Positions 56,975 through 64,000 of a stretch of 64,000 bases of DNA are shown one piece after another (within the stretch, counting starts at the first letter, position 1; each line of letters starts with the position of its first letter). Where the stretch lies: the NCBI GenBank assembly GCA_965223265.1, contig OZ244999.1, positions 192,001 through 256,000 of the forward strand, read 5' to 3'. Below the pieces are notes generated by a model that saw only the letters and a program-made list of their open reading frames with translations, searched no databases and was not told the origin of the DNA. The stretch is from Planctomycetota bacterium (GTDB lineage: Bacteria > Planctomycetota > UBA8108 > SXIK01). The translations under genes were made by a program, and so were the position numbers.

Positions 56975-59334
56975 TGCGGCGGTGACTCCATGAAGGCTCT
57001 CAGCGCGGCGGCCCACGCTTCTTTCTCCTCGGGCGACTGCGAAAACTCGAACCACGCGATCGCCCGCTGCGCCGAAACGATGTCCTTGAGATAGGCGTAA
57101 ACCGTCACGGCTTCATTCTGGCGTTCTGCCAAGAACTCGCGCTGCGCGTCGAGAAGGTCGATGATACTTGCAGTGCCTTGGGTGTATTTGGCGCGGATGG
57201 CCTCGAAGTTGCGCTCGGCTGCTTCCAGCGCTCGGCGACTCAGTCTCATCCCGGGGTGACTCGAAGAAATTCCATAGGCGGCCGCCAGCGCTCGCTGCTC
57301 AACGAGGAACAACGCTTGATCGCGCAGCGCTGAGAGCTGAAGAATCGTGGCGCGGAACTGCGCGACTTCCGCGCCACGACGTCCGCCTTCGAAGAGCGGA
57401 ACGACAAAGCCCAGGCCGACGCTCCACTCGTTCTGTGAATCTGCATCGACGCGGTGCGCGTCTTGGAGGACGCGGTCGAAATTGGCCGCGAGACTGACTT
57501 CTGGTACGAAGTTGCGGCGACTTCGTTCGCGCAGAAGGATGCCTTGAGCCGCAAGGGTTTCTTCGAACGCGACGATCTCTGGTGCACGCTTTCCGGACTC
57601 GACGCGAAGGAATTCGATGAATCGATGAAAGGACTTCAGATTGCCGAGCAGCGGAGAGAGGACGTCGTTCATGAAGTAGAGGTCATCCTCTTCGAGCTCG
57701 ATATCTTTCAGGTCCCAGTGCTGCGTACGCGGCACGCCAAGCAGCACGTTGAGCGCGATGCGCGCGTTGCGGCGGTCGGCATCTCGACTGAACAGAGTCG
57801 CTTTGCCGCGTGCTTCACTCGCCTGCCAGCGGAAAACTTCCGACGGCTCGGCCGCTCCGATCTCATAGCGAAGCTTTGCTAGCTGCAGGTTGTTTTGCAC
57901 GAGCACGAGGTTCTCTTGTTCAATGACGTAGAGCGCTTCTGCAGTGAGAACGTCGAGAAACGACGCTCCCGCGTCGGCAGTTGCGTCGAGCCGAACCGAC
58001 TCAAGATCACGCTCCGAGGCCGCCGCCGCATGTTTCTGCGCGTCAATCTGTCCGAGCACCCGGTCGCTGAAGAGAAGTTGGCGCAGCTCCGCACCGAGCG
58101 CGTAGCTTTCGGCGTGGTGCGGTGTCGTCGCTAGAATCCGCTCACTGACGCCTTGATATGCGCTCGATCCGACGGCGCTCAGCTGCGGTCGATAAGACGC
58201 ACGTGCGACGTCGACGGCGCGCGCTTGGACCGTAGCCTCTGCGGAGGCTGCGAGCACCTGAGGATTCTGCTCGGCGGCGAGAGCCATTGCTTCTTCGAGT
58301 GTGAGTTCACCTGCCGACTGAAAAAGGTCGTCCTCGTGGATGAAACGTGCGGCAAGCGCCGTGTCGTAGTCGGGTGACCAACCGATGGAGAGAGCCGTCC
58401 GCATGTTGATCACGAGTTGATCATCGACGCGTAGTGTCACAGGCAACAGGTCGGTTGGGATGCCGAGAAGGATCTGGTGCAGATGGAGAGCCGTTCGTCG
58501 GTAGATTGCGGACCAGTTATCACCTGCGAGCCCTGCGAAAGCACCACGTTCGACGTCGATCACTCCAAGGATCGAAAAGGAAAACAGATTGTGTGAGGTG
58601 AGTGATTGGAAGAGATTGGCTCTCTCCGCATCGGACATGCTGATGAGAATCGGCACATAGACCGCGCGTGCACTCGGCGGCAAGGCTTCGATGCAGGACG
58701 CTGCGGTGTCGCCAACCGGAACAATTTCGACGTCGACTCCGGTACGCTCTTCGAGGGCAGCCGCGAGCGGTTTGATTCGCTCTTCGAGCGAGCGATAGAC
58801 GTGCGCGTCGAGGAGTGCATGGACGCGGCGTTCGCCGGTCAGTTCGGCCAGCTTCTCCAGATCCGACGCAATGCGCCGGCTTTGAATAAACGTATAGTCC
58901 TTCACCAGCGATGTGCCGCGTGGAGAGATCAGGGCGCTGTTGAGATCTCCGAACTCGACGGAGCCACTGACGATCGGGAGGCGGCGTTCGTTCTCGTCCA
59001 TTTGTATTGCAGCAGAGCTGACGAGGTGGCCGGCGGTGTAGACCACACCCACGTCCGGCGCCGAGATCGCCTCGCGCAGTAGCTCGGCCGAACGCTGCGG
59101 TTCACCGTCTGCGTTGTAAGTGTCGCGGAGTTCGAACGTGTACTTGCCGGCGGCGAGATTCTCGAGCTCGACACGAAACCCTTCGATCAATCGATCGAAA
59201 TAAGGCGAGGATTGATCTTGGACGATGGCAATGACGTGGTGGGGCAGGCGCGCCGCACCCGTCGCGGTGGGGGGCTCCTGCGACTGCAATAACACGGTCG
59301 AGAGCGCCAGAGTGATGGTCAGCGAGATCCTCAT
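56971..59334 (-). CDS. TolC family outer membrane protein fused to N-terminal ABC-type substrate-binding-like domain
   Basis: Signal MRISLTITLAL; N-terminal ~330 aa ending 'QILLG....LPV....LVINMRTA..IG'; TolC from 'LTLEEAMALAAEQNP', 'PLFEGG', 'Y..GTASIIDLLDAQ'. Alternative start 59541. Confidence 0.85.
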   Translation of the reverse strand: MRISLTITLALSTVLLQSQEPPTATGAARLPHHVIAIVQDQSSPYFDRLIEGFRVELENLAAGKYTFELRDTYNADGEPQRSAELLREAISAPDVGVVYTAGHLVSSAAIQMDENERRLPIVSGSVEFGDLNSALISPRGTSLVKDYTFIQSRRIASDLEKLAELTGERRVHALLDAHVYRSLEERIKPLAAALEERTGVDVEIVPVGDTAASCIEALPPSARAVYVPILISMSDAERANLFQSLTSHNLFSFSILGVIDVERGAFAGLAGDNWSAIYRRTALHLHQILLGIPTDLLPVTLRVDDQLVINMRTALSIGWSPDYDTALAARFIHEDDLFQSAGELTLEEAMALAAEQNPQVLAASAEATVQARAVDVARASYRPQLSAVGSSAYQGVSERILATTPHHAESYALGAELRQLLFSDRVLGQIDAQKHAAAASERDLESVRLDATADAGASFLDVLTAEALYVIEQENLVLVQNNLQLAKLRYEIGAAEPSEVFRWQASEARGKATLFSRDADRRNARIALNVLLGVPRTQHWDLKDIELEEDDLYFMNDVLSPLLGNLKSFHRFIEFLRVESGKRAPEIVAFEETLAAQGILLRERSRRNFVPEVSLAANFDRVLQDAHRVDADSQNEWSVGLGFVVPLFEGGRRGAEVAQFRATILQLSALRDQALFLVEQRALAAAYGISSSHPGMRLSRRALEAAERNFEAIRAKYTQGTASIIDLLDAQREFLAERQNEAVTVYAYLKDIVSAQRAIAWFEFSQSPEEKEAWAAALRAFMESPPQ

Positions 59335-59708
59335 TCGTGCGCGCCGGCCCGTCGCCCAACCACAGGCTGCGCTTGAGGAGCGATGGTCGCTAGGTCGGAG
59401 ATTCTTCTGGAGGCGCACAACGATCCTCTGCGTCCCGACACAAATCGTCGCCATGGCTTTCTCCAGGTTCGCGGCGAGACGTCGCGACCGGACCTGTTTG
59501 CGACGGGCTAACCGGTTCGGGTGGGGGGCGCGATACGACATGAACCCCTACCTATAGCCGAACGTGGAGTGATTGTCACCAGCCGTCGGGTACCCAATTG
59601 CGAGTGTTTCCAGGTAGATCATCGCGCTGCGTTTGACTCAGGTCGTCGGATTTGCGCCAGGTCACGCAGCTGGATACGATAGGTTCCGAGAATCTTTATG
59701 AGCGTCGA

Positions 59709-62618
59709 ATGTCGAAGGAAACTCATAGCATAGCTGTGTGCAAGTCTGCTGGTTACTTTCCCCGCCGGCGCCGGCTTCCAAGCTGCCTGACGGTGCGGCT
59801 ATCGGCGACTTGGTGGGTGGTGATTGCATCGCTGATGGCGGCGGACATCCAGGCTGCGGACGCGGGCGCCGAGGCATACGAGCGTAGCGTCGAGCCTATC
59901 CTCCGTCGCCGCTGTCTCGGGTGTCATGGCCCGGAGAAACAAAAGGGTGGCTTGCGGGTGGATCGGCGCGCGAGCCTGCTTGAAGGCGGAGCAAGCGGCG
60001 ACCCCGCGGTGATTCCTGGCGACGGCGCCGTGAGCCCGCTGATAGAGCGCGTGAGCGCGACGGATCGTTCCATTGTCATGCCTCCAGAGGGAGAGCCGCT
60101 TTCGGTGGCAGAGGTTCGCGCCCTTCGCGACTGGATCGATGCCGGTCTGCAGATGCCTGAGGAGGACCCAGAGGTTGAAAGACGGCGGCAACTCGCTGCC
60201 GAGCATTGGGCGTTTCGACCGCTCGGCGGTCGCGAAGTGCCTCCGTCGCACGGATCGTGGGCGACGAATGAGATCGACCGATTTGTCATCAGTACACTCA
60301 CTCGAGCAGGTCTCAAGCCGTCACCGCCAACGAATCCTCATGCACTCGCGCGGCGGCTTTTCCTCGTCATGCTCGGCGTGCCGCCCACGCCTGAGGAGTT
60401 GGGAGAGTTTCTCGACGATCGCGATCCGCGCGCGTACGAGCGACTGGTCGATCGGGTCCTCGCGGACCCTCGTTACGGGGAGACATGGGCGCAGCACTGG
60501 CTGGATGTCATACGTTTTGCGGAGACTTGGGGCTACGAGACCAACTCTTTTCGTCCGCAGGCATATCACTTTCGCGACTGGGTCATCGCCGCGCTCAACG
60601 ATGACATGCCGTACGATCGATTCATCTTCGAGCAGCTTGCCGGCGACACCGTCGGGGCTGACGCCGCCACCGGTTTTCTTGTCGCCGGGCCGGCGAATCT
60701 GCCGGGCCAAATCGGCAGAAACATCGAGGCGCAGAGGGAAGCTCGCCAGGACGCGCTCGACGAGGTCATCAAAACTGCTGGCGCGTCGATTCTTGGCCTC
60801 ACGGTGGGCTGCGCGCGTTGTCATGATCACAAATTCGATCCGATCGCGCAGACGGATTACTACGCGCTGCAGGCCGTGTTCGCCGGACTTGACTACGGTC
60901 ATCGCCGCCTGCGCGGCCCAGAAGATCGGCGCTGGGCAGCGCAAGTGCCGCAGTTCGAGGCGCGATTGGAAGTCCTCGAGGAACAGCTCCGGCACATGCA
61001 GCAGCGGTTTTCTTTGCGGCCTGCGGTTAGGCGTCAGCGTACAGAAGAGACGTTTGCGGCAAGGACGACGCAGCGAGTGCGCATGCGGATCGACGCTACC
61101 GGGGACGGCGGCCGCGTCCAGTTGCATGAATTCGAGGTCTGGACCGCGAGCGGTGAGGTCGACGCGGGTGGTGCCCAAAGTGAAGCGGCGGTCCGCGACC
61201 CGTCCGTTGAGGAGACCACGAACGTCGCGCTGGCAGTTCACGGTGCGAAGGCGTCGGCATCAAGCTTCGCGCTTGAGAATCAAACCCGTCATCCAGACAA
61301 CCTGATCGACGGCAAGCGCATATTTCCGTGGAAGACGTTAGTGGCGGGGCCGGCGTGGCTCGAGATAGAGCTCGCGCGGCCGACGCGCATTGACCGCATC
61401 GCGTGGCAGGGCGACGGCGGCGGACTTCCCGCCGATTACGCCATCGAGGTCGAGCAGGCAGACGGGCAGTGGCTGCAGGTGGCGCACTCGATCGACCGCC
61501 TGCCGCACGCGAGCGACCGCAGGGATCCTGGGGACGTACGTCTTGCTGGCGTACCAGCCGCCGAGGTTGAAGGAATCTTTGAGCTCGTCGCCGAGAAGCG
61601 CGCCGCGCAAGCGGAACGAGATCGTCTCGCCGCCGGCCCTCAGGTGTTCGCCGGCACGTTTCAGCGTCCGGAAGAGACGTTTCGCCTGCATCGCGGCGAT
61701 CCGATGCAGCGTCGTGAGCTCGTCGCGGCCAACACCCTCGCCGTGTTGGGGTCACTGCAGCTTGGTATGGATGCCCCCGACGTCGTTCGCCGCACATCGC
61801 TGGCACGACACGTCATCGAGATTTCGTACCCACTCACTGCGCGTGTGATCGTCAACCGCATCTGGCAGCATCACTTCGGCCTTGGCATCGTCGGAACTCC
61901 ATCCGATTTCGGGCTCAAGGGAGGACGGCCAACGCATCCGGAACTTCTTGACTGGCTGGCGCGCGAGCTCCTCGCAGCTGGGTGGTCTTTGAAGCACGTC
62001 CACCGAATGATTCTACTTTCGAGCACGTTTCGGCAGTCCAGCTCCCCGCGAGACTCCGCTCGCACGATCGACGCCGACGGTAGACTCTTGTGGCGATTCC
62101 CGCCGCGGCGCCTAACAGCGGAGGCGATCCGCGACGCGATGCTTGCGGTGAGTGGTGAGCTCGAATCGCAGATGCATGGTGAAGGGTTCAATTTCTTTCA
62201 GAAGGCCGGTGGCGTGAGCGATTTCTTGCCGAAGGAGTCGTTTACGGCCCGCGAGCACCGGCGTATGGTTTACGCGACGAAAATTCGCATGGAGAGCGTC
62301 GATGTGTTCGGCGCATTCGACTGCCCTGACGCTGGCCAGATGGCTCCGCTCCGTTCCCAGTCGGTGACGCCGATCCAGGCACTGAACCTGTTCAACAGTG
62401 CGTTTGTGCGTGAGCAGGCGCGTTCCTTCGCCCGACGTGTGCAGCGTGAAGTGGGCGACGACGCTGAAACGCAGGTGGCGCGTGCGTTCGCGTTGGCTTT
62501 GGCGCGACAGCCGTGCGAGGCGGAAACGGCGAGACTCGTTGATCTCGCGGCTGACTACGGTCTCGAGCAGGTTTGCCGCGTCCTGCTCAACACCAACGAG
62601 TTTATCTTTATCGAGTGA
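59709..62618 (+). CDS. PSD1/PSD2 (DUF1553/DUF1549) planctomycete cytochrome c protein with discoidin-like insert
   Basis: 'CLGCHG', 'MPP', 'HWAF', '[12 protein letters not shown]', '[17 protein letters not shown]', '[11 protein letters not shown]', 'QALNLFN', 'LLNTNEF'. Confidence 0.93.
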   Translation: MSKETHSIAVCKSAGYFPRRRRLPSCLTVRLSATWWVVIASLMAADIQAADAGAEAYERSVEPILRRRCLGCHGPEKQKGGLRVDRRASLLEGGASGDPAVIPGDGAVSPLIERVSATDRSIVMPPEGEPLSVAEVRALRDWIDAGLQMPEEDPEVERRRQLAAEHWAFRPLGGREVPPSHGSWATNEIDRFVISTLTRAGLKPSPPTNPHALARRLFLVMLGVPPTPEELGEFLDDRDPRAYERLVDRVLADPRYGETWAQHWLDVIRFAETWGYETNSFRPQAYHFRDWVIAALNDDMPYDRFIFEQLAGDTVGADAATGFLVAGPANLPGQIGRNIEAQREARQDALDEVIKTAGASILGLTVGCARCHDHKFDPIAQTDYYALQAVFAGLDYGHRRLRGPEDRRWAAQVPQFEARLEVLEEQLRHMQQRFSLRPAVRRQRTEETFAARTTQRVRMRIDATGDGGRVQLHEFEVWTASGEVDAGGAQSEAAVRDPSVEETTNVALAVHGAKASASSFALENQTRHPDNLIDGKRIFPWKTLVAGPAWLEIELARPTRIDRIAWQGDGGGLPADYAIEVEQADGQWLQVAHSIDRLPHASDRRDPGDVRLAGVPAAEVEGIFELVAEKRAAQAERDRLAAGPQVFAGTFQRPEETFRLHRGDPMQRRELVAANTLAVLGSLQLGMDAPDVVRRTSLARHVIEISYPLTARVIVNRIWQHHFGLGIVGTPSDFGLKGGRPTHPELLDWLARELLAAGWSLKHVHRMILLSSTFRQSSSPRDSARTIDADGRLLWRFPPRRLTAEAIRDAMLAVSGELESQMHGEGFNFFQKAGGVSDFLPKESFTAREHRRMVYATKIRMESVDVFGAFDCPDAGQMAPLRSQSVTPIQALNLFNSAFVREQARSFARRVQREVGDDAETQVARAFALALARQPCEAETARLVDLAADYGLEQVCRVLLNTNEFIFIE

Positions 62619-62626
62619 GACATGTC

Positions 62627-64000
62627 ATGAGCGCCTCTTCGCCTCGCGCCCGGCTCACGCCAAGTTCGACGTCCTGCGGCTCGCTTGAGCTTTCTCGACA
62701 GGGCGCGCGGCTTCTCGATCGCCGAACATTCCTTTCACGCACGTTCGATGGTCTACACGGAATTGCTCTGGCGACTCTTCTCGCTGACGGTGACATGTTG
62801 GCTGCCGCCGAGCCCAAAGAGGAGCTTCCCCTCAGCGCGCTCAGACCCGCGATTGATCCGGCCCGCCCCTATGCACCACGATCCGCTCACTTCGAGGCGA
62901 AAGCGAAGAGCGTCATCGTCGTATTTTGCTCCGGTGCTCTCAGCCACGTCGACATGTGGGACTATAAACCGGAGCTCGAGAAGCGTGACGGTCAGCCGCT
63001 CCCGGGGCGCGATCGCTTCGTATCTTTTCAAGGCGAGAACGGCAATCTCAAGCGATCACTGTGGACGTTCCGCCCGCGAGGCGCATGCGGCAAGATGGTC
63101 TCTGATCTCGTGCCTCATATTGGCAACCTTTCCGACCAACTTTGCTTCCTGCATTCCTTGACGACTAAATCGAACACGCATGGACCGGGCGAGAACGTCA
63201 TGTCGACAGGCTTCACTCGGGATGGTTTTCCGAGCATGGGCGCGTGGCTCACGTACGCGCTCGGGAGCGAGAATCAGGATCTGCCGGCGTTCGTCGCCAT
63301 CGAAGATCCGCGCGGCATTCCTCAATCGGGTCCGAACAACTGGGCAGCGGGTTTCTTGCCAGCGACGTTTCAGGGAACGCCGTTCAGTACAACGAAGCCG
63401 GTGCGCTACTTGCAGGCGCCGCAAGGAACGAGTCCAGAGTCTGAAGCTGCCGCGCGCAGCGCGCTTGGGTTTTTGAACGCGCGACATCAGGAGAGCTTCG
63501 CGGGCGATTCTCGTCTCGCCGCCCGCATCGCCAGCTATGAGCTTGCTGCTCGCATGCAGCTTTCCGTGCCGGAGGTCGTCGACGTTGATCACGAGCCGCA
63601 GCACGTGCGACAGCTCTACGGCGTCGAGTCTGGCAGTCAGCTGAAGCGGAGTTTCGCGCGCAATTGCATGCTGGCGCGACGTCTCGTTGAGCGTGGAGTC
63701 CGTTGCGTGCAGGTTTTTAACGGCGCCTACGCTTCGGGCGGTCGTCTCAACTGGGACGGCCACTCGCGTCTCAAAGAGCAGTACGATGTGCACGGGGAGA
63801 TACTTGACGAACCGGTCGCCGGGCTCATCAAGGACCTGGCCCAGCGTGGGCTACTCGATACGACGCTTGTTGTTCTCTGCACTGAGTTCGGACGCATGCC
63901 GATGTTTCAAATCGGAACATTCGGTCGGGATCACAATCCCTTTGGTTTCACTTGCTGGCTCGCCGGCGCCGGCGTCAAGACACCATTCACCTACGGCGCC
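62627..64000 (+). CDS. DUF1501 domain-containing protein (3'-truncated by window end)
   Basis: Translated by hand: 'LDRRTFL', '[25 protein letters not shown]', '[11 protein letters not shown]', 'WDGH', 'EFGRMP..GRDHNP'; canonical partner of the upstream PSD gene. Confidence 0.9.
   Translation, partial: MSASSPRARLTPSSTSCGSLELSRQGARLLDRRTFLSRTFDGLHGIALATLLADGDMLAAAEPKEELPLSALRPAIDPARPYAPRSAHFEAKAKSVIVVFCSGALSHVDMWDYKPELEKRDGQPLPGRDRFVSFQGENGNLKRSLWTFRPRGACGKMVSDLVPHIGNLSDQLCFLHSLTTKSNTHGPGENVMSTGFTRDGFPSMGAWLTYALGSENQDLPAFVAIEDPRGIPQSGPNNWAAGFLPATFQGTPFSTTKPVRYLQAPQGTSPESEAAARSALGFLNARHQESFAGDSRLAARIASYELAARMQLSVPEVVDVDHEPQHVRQLYGVESGSQLKRSFARNCMLARRLVERGVRCVQVFNGAYASGGRLNWDGHSRLKEQYDVHGEILDEPVAGLIKDLAQRGLLDTTLVVLCTEFGRMPMFQIGTFGRDHNPFGFTCWLAGAGVKTPFTYGA

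Overview
GC-rich bacterial chromosomal window, most likely from a Planctomycetota genome. The basis is three DUF1501 genes, a DUF1549/DUF1553 cytochrome c, a PVC-type heme-binding dehydrogenase, Cys-containing dockerin-like domains and GTAG-type REP repeats. It holds about 44 CDSs, mostly secreted or periplasmic carbohydrate-active and redox proteins. Modules include an RND efflux operon with a substrate-binding-domain/TolC fusion followed by tfoX-like and tag genes, a MarR-controlled QueG-like/SCP2 fusion gene, and a sigma-54 activator facing a VIT-vWA-GlyGly-CTERM gene plus rhombosortase with a correctly spaced -24/-12 promoter. Non-coding elements are two copies of a palindromic MITE-like element, a REP cluster and degenerate hexamer repeats. 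I saw no rRNA, tRNA, CRISPR array or transposase. All family calls come from motif recognition by eye, with no database searches, and several start codons were re-assigned from RBS or signal-peptide context.
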